Notes: generated by a model from the letters alone, not told the origin. A stretch of 50,812 nt of DNA from Clostridia bacterium (GCA_017648085.1 JAGCJI010000108.1:1-50812), one strand, 5' to 3'; numbered from the stretch's first letter, positions 36,214 through 46,224 are shown. Translations and numbers: made by a program.

Positions 36214-38660
36214 TGAAAAAGAAAAACTTGGTTATCTTGCTGATCCTACCTTTTCTGATGTCAATATTTTGCACTACGGCAATAAATACCACCTACAATA
36301 TGATCGACGTCGATATTTCCTTTATTGATTGGGATTATAACGAGGTGGAGGCTTTCCGTATATCCGATTCCGCCTATCAGCTTCGCGCCACGGGTGTCAA
36401 CCAACGTAACTATGCGGTTACGGGCAAGGACGACCTGGTCTGGACGGTCACCAATGCGGACGGAACGGATTCTCCGTATGCGGAGATAGTTAAAAAGGGA
36501 AGCTCGTATTATTTGCGTACCATCTCCTCGGGACTTGTGAAAATCACCTGCTCAAACAAAAAGGGTAACGTTACCCGCTCAATGACGGCGGTGGTTTACG
36601 ATACCGCGGCAATACTGATGTATCCGACGGTCCCTGCGTCCCAGAGCAATATTGATTCAAAGATTTATTACGGTCAGTACGATCACACCTACGGAAACGT
36701 AGCAAACATAGATATGACGGTCAAGGTACTGCCCGCTGAGCTTGGCAGCACCGTAATAGCCGAGCATAGCGATAACGTGGAATACGATGCAGAGACACGG
36801 AGGGTAAAGATAATTGGCGACGGCCCTGCCTTCGTCACTCTTCGCGATAGGGACGGAATAGCCGCCTCTGCGACATATAGCTTCGATATAGTGCGCGACG
36901 GCGTAAACGTTTATACCTACGAGGACCTGTTAAACTGCACTAACCGCTCGCAAAATGGCGAAATAGTCGTTCTGCGAAAGAATTTTGAATCTCTTGAAAA
37001 TACCTATCGGCTGACCTCTGACGGAAAGCCGATAAATACGGCGAACGGACTTCTTTATAAGAATGAGAATACCGAGTGCTTTGGAAGCTACAATCCAAAG
37101 ACGGGGGATTTTTCCTTTGCATCCGAGGTTTACAGCTTTAAAACCACCTACAACACTACCTTTATTGAGCAGTGGAATGACTTTGCCAAGGGCAAGTCGG
37201 AATATTCCGCCATCACCGACAAGGTAATCGCGGGACTACACGTACAAAAGGACTTCTACGGCAATGGATATACGTTGAACCTTCACAACTTGACATATCC
37301 TTACGCTTATATACCCGGCGTAGGTGCTAACGGCACGACGGTGCGTATCCCACAGCTGACGGATGAAAATTTGTTCCGCGGTCCGCTTAACCTTTATACG
37401 CTTGGCGACCCGAATAATATGCCTCTGGTTTCTCTTTACGGACAGGACAACGTAGGTATGTACGTGCACGGCGACGGCGTTACGGTAAACGACGTTAATT
37501 TGAAGAATTGTGATTTTGGCGACAGAATGGCAAATCTTGACACGGTTGGCACCGTAATGGAGATAGACGGTGACGGAATAACCGTAAAAAACTCTAAAAT
37601 TTCAAACGGAAAGAACGTTGTCCGAAGCTTTTCTTCTCACAATTTAAAGCTTAAAAACTGTCTGCTCTCAAACTCCCGCAACTTTCTTTTCCTCACCGGC
37701 GCAAACGAATACGTTCCCGTTGATGAAAAGGCAATAGCTACCTTCCACACTCTTGACGGCACGGCACAAAGGATGGCAATTGAAAGCTTCGTTGCCATCG
37801 GGGGCAAGGGTGACGAAATACTGAATAAATTCCTTTCCGAATACTGCGAGAGCACCGAGGAAAAGGAGAGAATGCGCGCGGCACTCAAATCAATACAGTC
37901 GGCGCTTGATTCGGTCGGACGCGGGCTTGAAAACAAGGGCTCTGCGGTTATAGAGGATACCTATTTCTTTAGAAGCGGCATAGCTTCAATATGCCTGGAA
38001 AGCCTATTCAACAGCACGTTCCTTGAGTCCGGCTCACCATCACTCGTGAGCAAGGAGATATTCGGTGCACTTAACACCGACGGTAAGAGCCTCGTTCCCT
38101 TCGTGGCAAGCGGCGTATCGGGCGTATCCTACCCCGTGTCACTTGAAATTACCGGTAAGACCTCGTTTTACGATTACAAGAAGCCGGATACAGTGGAGCT
38201 TGACGGACTTATTCGCGAGAATATTTCCGAGGTGGCATCATCAATAGGACTCTACGACGGGCAGGTAACGATAGACACCGTATTCCCCCTTCGCACGATA
38301 CTTATGCAGAAGGCGACCTCGCTCGGAAACGTCTACCGCGACGCGGAAAGCGGAGAAGCCTACGTCAACATTCCCATTGCATTCTACGGCGGCGGACTCA
38401 ATCTTTCAACGGTAAAGATCACTCTTGACCGCGGGGAAATGGTAAGCGGTGCGGTGGAGGTCGATTTGCTTGACACCTACATCAATATGAGAAATCACGA
38501 CTCAAACGATATTATTGCGCTTTTGCGAGGACTCGTGCTTAAGACGGTACCCACCGTTACGGGCTTTGAGCCGTTTGAATTTCACTTTGTCAAGGACGGA
38601 TATCTTTACGGTGAAACACCGAAGATCGCCGACCTTATCGAAAACGCTAAAGGAGAGTAA
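36213..38660 (+). CDS. secreted or membrane-anchored protein with Ig-like domain and right-handed beta-helix repeats
   Basis: ATG 36213 overlaps the upstream TGA. N-terminal anchor LVILLILPFLMSIF. Big_2-like VWTVTNADG...VKITCSNKKGN. PbH1-like repeats VNDVNLKNCDF...ITVKNSKISNG...LKLKNCLLSNSRN. Confidence 0.7.
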   Translation: MKKKNLVILLILPFLMSIFCTTAINTTYNMIDVDISFIDWDYNEVEAFRISDSAYQLRATGVNQRNYAVTGKDDLVWTVTNADGTDSPYAEIVKKGSSYYLRTISSGLVKITCSNKKGNVTRSMTAVVYDTAAILMYPTVPASQSNIDSKIYYGQYDHTYGNVANIDMTVKVLPAELGSTVIAEHSDNVEYDAETRRVKIIGDGPAFVTLRDRDGIAASATYSFDIVRDGVNVYTYEDLLNCTNRSQNGEIVVLRKNFESLENTYRLTSDGKPINTANGLLYKNENTECFGSYNPKTGDFSFASEVYSFKTTYNTTFIEQWNDFAKGKSEYSAITDKVIAGLHVQKDFYGNGYTLNLHNLTYPYAYIPGVGANGTTVRIPQLTDENLFRGPLNLYTLGDPNNMPLVSLYGQDNVGMYVHGDGVTVNDVNLKNCDFGDRMANLDTVGTVMEIDGDGITVKNSKISNGKNVVRSFSSHNLKLKNCLLSNSRNFLFLTGANEYVPVDEKAIATFHTLDGTAQRMAIESFVAIGGKGDEILNKFLSEYCESTEEKERMRAALKSIQSALDSVGRGLENKGSAVIEDTYFFRSGIASICLESLFNSTFLESGSPSLVSKEIFGALNTDGKSLVPFVASGVSGVSYPVSLEITGKTSFYDYKKPDTVELDGLIRENISEVASSIGLYDGQVTIDTVFPLRTILMQKATSLGNVYRDAESGEAYVNIPIAFYGGGLNLSTVKITLDRGEMVSGAVEVDLLDTYINMRNHDSNDIIALLRGLVLKTVPTVTGFEPFEFHFVKDGYLYGETPKIADLIENAKGE

Positions 38661-38666
38661 GCCTTT

Positions 38667-39788
38667 ATGAAAAAAATAATATCCCTGGCAGTTTTGATGA
38701 CTCTCGTCGTATCCCTACTTTCCTCCTGCGGTAGCTTTTTTGCCGAGGAGGAGCTTAAGATCAGCTCTATTTCAAGCGAGCTGCTTGACGACGGAAGCAC
38801 GAAGATCACGATAAGCTATACCGACACCGAGCGTGAGCCGCATGTGTTTATCATACCTAAAAGCGCGGCGGGTGAGCCCGGACGCGACGGCAACGGCATA
38901 AGCGACATCAGCTATAAGCATAACGACGCTACGGGTAAAACCAGCGTGATAATAACCTTCACCGATCCCACGATGGCTCCCGTTTCCTTCTCCGTGCCCG
39001 ACGGCGTTTCCGTCGTTGGCTTTGAGGACGGATACGACACCGTGTCGGGAGAAAAGTATCTTGTATTCAAGTATAGCAACGGCAATACCTCCGCGCCCGT
39101 GTTCCTCCCTCGCGGTGAGGACGGTAAGGACGGTGAGGATGGCAAGGACGGCGTTGACGGCAAGGATGGCAACGGCATAAAGAATTTTGTCGTTTGGCCG
39201 CAGGCGGACAAGAGCACGCTCCTTGTCTTTGAGCTTGACGACGGCAGACTCTGTGAGATAACCATTCCCGCTCCCGAGCGTGGAAACGGCGTTGCAAGCA
39301 TGGTTTCCAGAACCGAAACCGACGGCTACTATATTGACGTTACCTACGATGACGGAAACAAAGAAACTCTGTTCTTCGAGCGCCCTAATCAGTGGCTTCG
39401 CGGCTCGGGCGTTCCGAGCGACCTTGACGGTGTGGACGGAGACTTCTACTTTGACACCGTAAACAAGGTCATATATATGAAATACAGAGGCTCTTGGAGA
39501 AATATAGTAAGCTTCTATGACAGTAAGATCACCTATACCGTTGAGTTTAATCTCAACGCTGCCGACGCGTCGCTGAACGGCGAAAATCTTTTCCTCATCG
39601 ACAAGGGCGAGTACTTCTATTCTTACGGATACGATGTGCCCCGTCCCACCCGTGACGGATACACGTTCCTCGGCTGGTATACTGCCAGAACGAACAACCC
39701 CGACCCCACGATGGGCGCGTTTACAGATCTTACTCCCGTAATGGCTAATCTTACGCTCTATGCGGCGTGGGAGCCAAACAATCCATAA
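38667..39788 (+). CDS. lipoprotein with short collagen-like G-X-Y tract and C-terminal InlB B-repeat domain
   Basis: Lipobox LLSSC. GEDGKDGEDGKDGVDGKDGNG. C-terminal GYTFLGWYTARTN...LTLYAAW. Confidence 0.8.
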   Translation: MKKIISLAVLMTLVVSLLSSCGSFFAEEELKISSISSELLDDGSTKITISYTDTEREPHVFIIPKSAAGEPGRDGNGISDISYKHNDATGKTSVIITFTDPTMAPVSFSVPDGVSVVGFEDGYDTVSGEKYLVFKYSNGNTSAPVFLPRGEDGKDGEDGKDGVDGKDGNGIKNFVVWPQADKSTLLVFELDDGRLCEITIPAPERGNGVASMVSRTETDGYYIDVTYDDGNKETLFFERPNQWLRGSGVPSDLDGVDGDFYFDTVNKVIYMKYRGSWRNIVSFYDSKITYTVEFNLNAADASLNGENLFLIDKGEYFYSYGYDVPRPTRDGYTFLGWYTARTNNPDPTMGAFTDLTPVMANLTLYAAWEPNNP

Positions 39789-39797
39789 AAAGAAGCC

Positions 39798-39834
39798 TAC
39801 GGCGGTCAATTTTTGACCGCCGTATTGATTTATT
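39798..39834 (+). terminator. rho-independent terminator ending the 11-gene operon
   Basis: Perfect 12-bp stem TACGGCGGTCAA / TTGACCGCCGTA followed by a T-rich tract. Confidence 0.8.
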
Positions 39835-39876
39835 AAAATTTAGGTGGTATACTAAAATAAAAACGAGAGGTGCAAT

Positions 39877-40437
39877 ATGCGTAAAAATTTTGGTGCTAAA
39901 TCCTGGATATACCCGATGCCCGTGCTTATCGTGGCAACCTACGGTCCTGACGGAGCGCCCAACGCGATGAATGCCGCTTGGGGCGGAATATACGATACCG
40001 ACGAGGTGATGATATGCCTCTCGCACGATCATAAGACGACAGTCAATATAAAGGAAAGGGGAGCTTTCACCGTTAGCTTTGCCACCGCCGAGTACGTGGC
40101 TGCGTGTGATTACGTGGGAATAGTTTCCGCAAACGACGTGCCTGACAAATTCGCCCGCGCGGGATTCCACGCGACGAAAAGCGAGCTTGTGGACGCTCCG
40201 CTTATCGACGAGCTGCCTGTGGCACTCGAGTGCGAGCTTATAAGGTTTAACGAGGATGGTATCTGCATCGGCAGAATAGTTAATGCCTCTGCCGACGTAT
40301 CGGTGCTTGATTCCGACGGAAATGTTGACACGGGTAAGGTTAATCCTATACTTTTTGATAGCATCGCCGAAAATTATGCAACCTTTGGCAAGGTCGTCGG
40401 GGTGGCGTTTTCGGAGGGAAATAAAATTGGTGAGTGA
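39877..40437 (+). CDS. flavin reductase family protein (flavoredoxin-like)
   Basis: IYPMPVLIVATYGPDGAPNAMNAAWGG, typical of the flavin reductase-like FMN-binding domain. Confidence 0.8.
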   Translation: MRKNFGAKSWIYPMPVLIVATYGPDGAPNAMNAAWGGIYDTDEVMICLSHDHKTTVNIKERGAFTVSFATAEYVAACDYVGIVSANDVPDKFARAGFHATKSELVDAPLIDELPVALECELIRFNEDGICIGRIVNASADVSVLDSDGNVDTGKVNPILFDSIAENYATFGKVVGVAFSEGNKIGE

Positions 40438-40441
40438 CTGT

Positions 40442-41107
40442 ATGCGGCTTCTTTTTTCTGCATTGATCAAGCTTTTAGTCGGCGCTTTGCTCGTTGCGGC
40501 ACTGCTTTTTATTCCGGCAGGCAGATTTTCTTACCTTGGCGCATGGCTTCTTATCGGCCTTCTGTTCATTCCGATGACGGTGCTTGGCACGGTACTCTTT
40601 ATCAAATCCCCGGAGCTTCTCAAAAAACGGCTGAACGCCAAGGAAAAGCTCGGCTCGCAGAGCGCGATAGTGTTGCTTTCGGCTGTGATTTTTATCGCGG
40701 GCTTTACCGTTGCAGGACTTGACCGACGCTTCGGCTGGACGAAGATACCGTTGTGGGTAACGGTTTTTTCATGCGTGCTATTCTTGATTTCCTACGCACT
40801 TTATGCGGAGGTCATGCGCGAAAACGCGTACCTTTCCAGAACGGTAGAGGTGGTGGAAGGACAGAAAATAATCGACACGGGTCTATACGGAATAGTAAGA
40901 CATCCCATGTATTTTGCTTCGGTGCTGATGTTTTTGTCGATGCCGCTGATACTTGGCTCTTGGTGGTCACTTTTATGCTTCGCCCCGTATATTTTCTTGA
41001 TAGCGGCGCGTATCATATCGGAGGAAAGGCTGCTTTTGCGTGAGCTTCCGGGATACGGGGAATACAGAAAGCGTGTCAGATACAGAATTTTACCGTTTAT
41101 ATGGTAG
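40442..41107 (+). CDS. isoprenylcysteine carboxyl methyltransferase (ICMT) family membrane protein
   Basis: GLYGIVRHPMYFASVLMFLSMPLILGSWWSL. ATG 40442 chosen over the overlapping upstream ORF start 40283. Confidence 0.8.
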   Translation: MRLLFSALIKLLVGALLVAALLFIPAGRFSYLGAWLLIGLLFIPMTVLGTVLFIKSPELLKKRLNAKEKLGSQSAIVLLSAVIFIAGFTVAGLDRRFGWTKIPLWVTVFSCVLFLISYALYAEVMRENAYLSRTVEVVEGQKIIDTGLYGIVRHPMYFASVLMFLSMPLILGSWWSLLCFAPYIFLIAARIISEERLLLRELPGYGEYRKRVRYRILPFIW

Positions 41108-41120
41108 CGAAAGGAAAAAT

Positions 41121-41651
41121 ATGAATTTTAACGAAATTGCAAATATGCGACAGTCATGTCGCAACTACGACCCGAACCGCGAGGTTGAGTTGGAAAAAAT
41201 AGACAGAATCATCGAGTCGGCACTCCTCGCCCCCTCCGCCTGCAACGGTCAGCCTTATTTCATTACCGTGTGCAAGGGTGCGAGCGCAAAGGAGGTCGCC
41301 AAGGCTACGCAGGGGATGGGAATGAACAAGTTTGCGACCGATGCCCCTGTTATGATAGTTATATCCGAGCGTCCTTACGTGAAAAGCGCGGCAATAGGCG
41401 CAAAGATAAAGAAAAATGACTACCGATCAATTGACATAGGTATACTTTCCGCTTATATAACCGCCGGGGCGACGGCAGAGGGGCTCGGCACTTGTATTCT
41501 CGGCTGGCTCGACAGCGATAAGATCAAGACGGTATGTGGACTTGACGGTGAGGTGAGGCTCGTTATCACTCTCGGTTATGCAAAGGATGGGGACCCGCTT
41601 CGCAAAAAGGTGCGCAAGAATAGAGAGGAAATCGTCGGGACGGTAGAATGA
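41121..41651 (+). CDS. nitroreductase family protein
   Basis: RQSCRNYDPNREV...ALLAPSACNGQPY. ATG 41121 has an AAAGGA RBS. Confidence 0.85.
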   Translation: MNFNEIANMRQSCRNYDPNREVELEKIDRIIESALLAPSACNGQPYFITVCKGASAKEVAKATQGMGMNKFATDAPVMIVISERPYVKSAAIGAKIKKNDYRSIDIGILSAYITAGATAEGLGTCILGWLDSDKIKTVCGLDGEVRLVITLGYAKDGDPLRKKVRKNREEIVGTVE

Positions 41652-41657
41652 AAAAAG

Positions 41658-41716
41658 CGACCTGCGATCGTGCGACGCTCGGTTAAGAGCATTGCGCCGT
41701 TGCAGGTCGTTTTTTT
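41658..41716. terminator. bidirectional terminator between the nitroreductase gene and rhaD
   Basis: CGACCTGC (41658-41665) pairs with GCAGGTCG (41702-41709). An A-run precedes it and TTTTTTT follows. Confidence 0.65.
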
Positions 41717-41718
41717 AA

Positions 41719-42534
41719 TTACAGGTTAAGAAAATCCTTGCGGTAGTTAACGCCGAAAAACTCGGCAAGCTCTACCATTTCCTCGTCCTTTATCGTGTTT
41801 ATTCTCGGCAGATGGGCGGTCAGCATATAAATCTCGGCTGCCTTTTCCACCGTTTCAATAAGGCCGAAGGCTTCGTCAAGGCTTTTTCCGACACCGTAAA
41901 TTCCGTGCATACCCCATACTACCAGGCGGAATTCCTTCATCTTCTCTGCGGTGGCTTCACCGATGGAGTTAGTGCCGCACAGCATCCAGGGGAGAACACC
42001 TATTCCGTCGGGGAATACTACGATGCACTCGGTGCACATTTCCCAGAGGGTGTGGGTGAATTTTTTCTCGTCAAGCGGATGGACGTAGTTCATAGCAAGC
42101 GTGTGGGTGGGGTGCGAGTGCATTACAACGCGGTTTTCAGGATCAACGCCGAGGCGCGCTATATGGCTCATAAGGTGTGCGGGCAGTTCGCTTGTAAATT
42201 TGCCGCCGTCCTCGTATCCCCAAAGCAGCTCAGCAGTTTTGCCGTCGGGAGCTATTCTTATAATACCAAGGTTACAGGCGGGATCTGCATCAACGTTTTT
42301 GAAGTATTTGCCCGTGCCGGTTACGATAAATATTTTGCCGATGAGAGCAGTTGCATCAAAGCCAAGGGGAATTTCGCGTATAACCTTGTCAAGATCAAGG
42401 TATTCGCCTACCTCATCCTCGTTTAACATATAGCTTATGTTACCGCCGTTGCGCTCGTCCCAGCCAAGCCTGTACATATTGGCACAGCATCTTCTCATTT
42501 CCACAACAAATGGGGCGTTAAGTACGTTTTTCAT
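41719..42534 (-). CDS. rhaD: rhamnulose-1-phosphate aldolase
   Basis: Aligns by eye along its length with E. coli RhaD (GWDERNGGN, IVTG[ST]GK[FY]F[RK]NV, SELPAH, ECxVVFPDG[IV]G[IV]LPWM). Confidence 0.92.
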   Translation of the reverse strand: MKNVLNAPFVVEMRRCCANMYRLGWDERNGGNISYMLNEDEVGEYLDLDKVIREIPLGFDATALIGKIFIVTGTGKYFKNVDADPACNLGIIRIAPDGKTAELLWGYEDGGKFTSELPAHLMSHIARLGVDPENRVVMHSHPTHTLAMNYVHPLDEKKFTHTLWEMCTECIVVFPDGIGVLPWMLCGTNSIGEATAEKMKEFRLVVWGMHGIYGVGKSLDEAFGLIETVEKAAEIYMLTAHLPRINTIKDEEMVELAEFFGVNYRKDFLNL

Positions 42535-43769
42535 CTTTTGGATAAAACCTCTCTTTCATATTCCTTAATTCTTTCAAGATAATTCTCGCATACACCCTCG
42601 CGGCGCAAATATTCGCTCCATACGTCGCCAAGGGGCATCGTTTTCATTTCTTCGCTTATAACCATAATTTCGGTGAAATCGCTCTTGCTCTGAAGCTCGG
42701 CAAGCTTTTCGGTCGGCTGAAGAAGGGCGAACAGCAAAGCTTTTGCAACACTTCTTACGCCGGTTACCCAAGCAGAAATTCTGTTGATGGAGGCGTCGAA
42801 ATAATCGGTTGCGATAAATACTCGGTCCAAGGCGTTGCAACGTACGATCTCTTTTGCGATCTCCTTGGTCTCATCGTCAAAAATCACCACGTGGTCGCTG
42901 TCCCAGCGCACCGAACGCGTTACGTGGAGCGCGATTTTCTCATTGAAGAGCAAGAGGGAGGATATCTTGTCGCTGACCACCTCGGTCGGATGGTAGTGAC
43001 CGTTATCCATAAGGGGAGTTATACCGCGTGTGTCGGAATATGAAAGGCAGAATTCTGCCGAGCCGACCGTGTAGCTTTCAAGACCGATGCCGAAAACCTT
43101 TGATTCAAGCGTTACGTAAACCTTGGTTTTGTCGTAGGGCGTGTCAAGAATTTCGTCAAGGCTCGCCTTAAATCGTGCCCTAGGCGACAGTCTGTCGGCG
43201 GGGATCTCCTTGTATCCGTCGGGAATCCAGATGTTCATAACGGTGGGAATGCCGGTTTCGGTTGCGAAGTATTCCGCAATCTTAAGGCAGGCGATTCCAT
43301 GGTTTATCCAATAACGTCTTACCTCTTCGTCGGGGGAGGAGAGGGTGAGATTGTCTTTTACCATCGGATGTGCGAAAAAGGTGGGGTTGAAATCTATTCC
43401 TACGCCCATCTCCTTGGCAAAATCAACCCACTTTTTAAAGTGCTTCGGTAAGAGCTTATCCCTGCCGACAGCCTCGCCGTCCTCAAAGATCGCATAGGAG
43501 GCGTGTAAATTTAATTTCTTTTTTCCGGGGATAAGAGAGAACGCCTCGGCGTAATCCGCCATCAGCTCCTTCGGCGTGCGCGCTCTGCCGGGATAGTTTC
43601 CCGTGGTCTGAATACCGCCGCTCAAGGACTCGCGGCTATCAAAGCCAACGACGTCGTCGCCCTGCCAGCAATGCACCGCAATGGGTGTATTTTTGAGCGC
43701 TGCCATTGCCGCTTCGGTATCTATGCCGTATTTTGCATACATTTCCTTTGCTTCTGAATATCTACTCAC
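42531..43769 (-). CDS. rhaA: L-rhamnose isomerase
   Basis: HCWQGDDVVGF and overall RhaA length and pattern. GTG 43769 lies 9 nt after GGAGG. The ORF track uses TTG 43775. Confidence 0.88.
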   Translation of the reverse strand: MSRYSEAKEMYAKYGIDTEAAMAALKNTPIAVHCWQGDDVVGFDSRESLSGGIQTTGNYPGRARTPKELMADYAEAFSLIPGKKKLNLHASYAIFEDGEAVGRDKLLPKHFKKWVDFAKEMGVGIDFNPTFFAHPMVKDNLTLSSPDEEVRRYWINHGIACLKIAEYFATETGIPTVMNIWIPDGYKEIPADRLSPRARFKASLDEILDTPYDKTKVYVTLESKVFGIGLESYTVGSAEFCLSYSDTRGITPLMDNGHYHPTEVVSDKISSLLLFNEKIALHVTRSVRWDSDHVVIFDDETKEIAKEIVRCNALDRVFIATDYFDASINRISAWVTGVRSVAKALLFALLQPTEKLAELQSKSDFTEIMVISEEMKTMPLGDVWSEYLRREGVCENYLERIKEYEREVLSKR

Positions 43770-45144
43770 AGTCAAATTCCTCCATTGTAAACGTATTCTT
43801 AACTATTTCTCTTGCCGCGTCAAGTGAGATCTTTTCTTGATACATGATCTGTGACAACAGATTTCCCGTCGCCGTCCCCTCTTTAAGTCCGGTGTATACC
43901 TTTTTGTCGGTATAGAGCGCGGTCAAACGGTTGAGATATGTATCCTTACTGCCTCCGCCGACAATGATTATCTTGTTTATGCGTTTGCCGGAAATTTCTT
44001 CAATCTCCGACACCGTTTTTTTGTACGAAGCGGCGAGAGAGTGATAAATCGACGCAAGCACGTCGGCGAGCGGCAAATCCGGTTTTCCGAGATAACTGCG
44101 TACAGCCTCGGTCATACTCTCCGGCGCGGCAAACGCAGCATCGGTCGGGTCTATCAGCTCGCGGAAGCTGCTTTCCATCGCCATGTGCATCATATCGTCG
44201 TAGGAGAGGCTTTTGTTTATGTCCTTGCGGATACCCTGAAAAAGCCACATTCCCATTATATTTTTAATAAAACGGAAGCGATATTCCACTCCGCCCTCGT
44301 TTGTAAAATTGGCATCCATTGCCTCACGCGAGGTGCAAGGAGATAAAATTTCCGTACCCACAAGACTCCACGTACCCGATGAAATATACGCCGCGCCGCT
44401 GTCCAGCGGACACGCTGCTACCGCAGATGCCGTATCGTGAGTTGGGGAGAGTATTACCGTCGCGTTAAAGCCGACCTCACCGGCGACCTCGTCCGTAAAG
44501 CAACCGACCGGCTCGCAGGGGAGGGAGAGGGGCTTGAAAATCTCCTTTGGAATACCGAGGGTATCGAGAATATATTCGTCCCAGCAACGCTCCTCCGCAT
44601 TTACGAGGTTAGTCGTCGTGGCGTTGGTGTATTCGTTCTTCATCACGCCCGTAAGCTTGTATGAAAGATAGTCGGGCATCATAAGAAAGTGTCTTGCCCC
44701 GTCAAGCTTACCCGATATTTTATCGGCGTATAATTGGTATACCGTATTCAAGCTTTGCTTTTGCGTGCCTGTACGGCGGTAAAGCTCCTCTTGAGGTAAA
44801 ATTTTCATTACCTCGTCTACCGCGGCGACTCTTGCAGAGTCACGGTAGCAAACACAGGGGAGGATCTCCTTCATATTTTCGTCAAGTAAAACGTAATCCA
44901 CACCCCAGGTGTCAATTGCTACGGTGGTTGGGATCTTGCCGAGATCCTTTGCTACCGAGAGTCCTTTTTTGACCTCTCGCAAAAGGGTATCGATATCCCA
45001 GATCAAGCTGCCGTTTTCCTTTTTTATTTCGTTTTCAAAGCGGTATATTTCCTCAAGAGAGATTTTGCCGTCCTTTACCGAGCCGAGAATGTGTCTGCCC
45101 GATGAAGCTCCTATATCTATCGCTAAATAATAATTCACAGACAT
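43762..45144 (-). CDS. rhaB: rhamnulokinase (FGGY family)
   Basis: YLAIDIGASSGRHILG N-terminus, FGGY-kinase pattern, and position in the rha operon. Confidence 0.88.
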   Translation of the reverse strand: MSVNYYLAIDIGASSGRHILGSVKDGKISLEEIYRFENEIKKENGSLIWDIDTLLREVKKGLSVAKDLGKIPTTVAIDTWGVDYVLLDENMKEILPCVCYRDSARVAAVDEVMKILPQEELYRRTGTQKQSLNTVYQLYADKISGKLDGARHFLMMPDYLSYKLTGVMKNEYTNATTTNLVNAEERCWDEYILDTLGIPKEIFKPLSLPCEPVGCFTDEVAGEVGFNATVILSPTHDTASAVAACPLDSGAAYISSGTWSLVGTEILSPCTSREAMDANFTNEGGVEYRFRFIKNIMGMWLFQGIRKDINKSLSYDDMMHMAMESSFRELIDPTDAAFAAPESMTEAVRSYLGKPDLPLADVLASIYHSLAASYKKTVSEIEEISGKRINKIIIVGGGSKDTYLNRLTALYTDKKVYTGLKEGTATGNLLSQIMYQEKISLDAAREIVKNTFTMEEFDCE

Positions 45145-45228
45145 ACCTCCTTTAACAGTATAATTTTACCACAGATAAATAATAAAAGTAAAGGACAGTA
45201 TTTGTCTAAAAAAGTGTCCTTATTGCTA

Positions 45229-45257
45229 TTGTTTTTTTGCGCCGTGTATGTTACAAT
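45229..45257 (+). promoter_or_regulatory. promoter of the AraC-type rha regulator
   Basis: TTGTTT, 17-nt spacer, TACAAT with an upstream TG (extended -10). Confidence 0.4.
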
Positions 45258-45273
45258 GAAGCGAGGTGATTTT

Positions 45274-46224
45274 ATGATTAGAAAAGAAATACTCGACAGG
45301 ATTGCGGGCATAAGCGAAGAGGAGCGCGCAATACTTGAAGGCGCGGGCGGAGTAGATAAGAGCATTTATATGAGCCGCGACAGCAGGGTAGTGCGACACA
45401 AAAAGCTGCTCTCCGACGGAAAGCTTATCAGCGTCCGCACTCATACCAGATTCGTGCATTTTCCGGAGCATACCCACGATTTTGTTGAGGGAGTGTATAT
45501 GTGTTCCGGCAAAACTACGCATATAATAAACGGCAAAACCGTTTTTTTACGCGAGGGAGAGCTGCTTTTTCTCGGTCAGAATGCAAAGCAGGAGATCCTG
45601 CCAGCCGACGAGTCGGATATCGCCGTTAATTTCATAATTCAGCCATCGTTTTTCGATAAAACCGTGGAAATGCTGGGGGCGGAGGAAACTCCTATAAAAA
45701 ACTTTCTTATCAGTTCACTTGTTGACGGCAAAAATCAGGGATATCTGCATTTCAAGGTGTCGGACGTCCTACCCGTGCAAAATCTTGTGGAAAATCTGCT
45801 ATGGACGTTGATAAATGACGTTCCGAATAAAAGAAATATGAATCAGACGACCATGGGACTTCTTTTTATGACGCTTTTGAATTTTACCGATACGCTTTCC
45901 TACGAGTCGCGGGAGGAGAGGGCGATGATAGAAATATTCAAATACATAGAGGATAACTACCGTGACGGAAGCTTGTCGGAGGCGGCAAAGCTGTTGCACT
46001 ACGACTTTTATTGGTTGAGTCACGAGATAAAAAACCGCACGGGTCGCACTTATACCGAGCACGTGCAGGAAAAACGGCTTTCGCAGGCAGCGTTTTTGCT
46101 TCGTAACACTACCCTTTCGGTAGAGGAGGTGGCGCTCAGCGTCGGATATGAAAACAGAAGCTATTTTCACCGCATTTTTAACGCGCGCTTCGGCGCAAGT
46201 CCGAAAAAGTATAAGGACGGCTGA
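45274..46224 (+). CDS. AraC family transcriptional regulator, divergent from rhaBAD (RhaR/RhaS-like role inferred)
   Basis: Cupin-like N-terminal half (HTHDFVEGVYMCSG). C-terminal AraC HTH (VALSVGYENRSYFHRIFNARFGASPKKY). GAGGTG RBS before ATG 45274. Confidence 0.8.
   Translation: MIRKEILDRIAGISEEERAILEGAGGVDKSIYMSRDSRVVRHKKLLSDGKLISVRTHTRFVHFPEHTHDFVEGVYMCSGKTTHIINGKTVFLREGELLFLGQNAKQEILPADESDIAVNFIIQPSFFDKTVEMLGAEETPIKNFLISSLVDGKNQGYLHFKVSDVLPVQNLVENLLWTLINDVPNKRNMNQTTMGLLFMTLLNFTDTLSYESREERAMIEIFKYIEDNYRDGSLSEAAKLLHYDFYWLSHEIKNRTGRTYTEHVQEKRLSQAAFLLRNTTLSVEEVALSVGYENRSYFHRIFNARFGASPKKYKDG

Noticed and set aside
41719-46224. rhaDAB plus AraC regulator as something unusual (no transporter, mutarotase or lactaldehyde reductase adjacent).
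   Set aside because: This is an ordinary catabolic cluster, and the missing steps are commonly encoded elsewhere. It is not noteworthy on sequence evidence alone.
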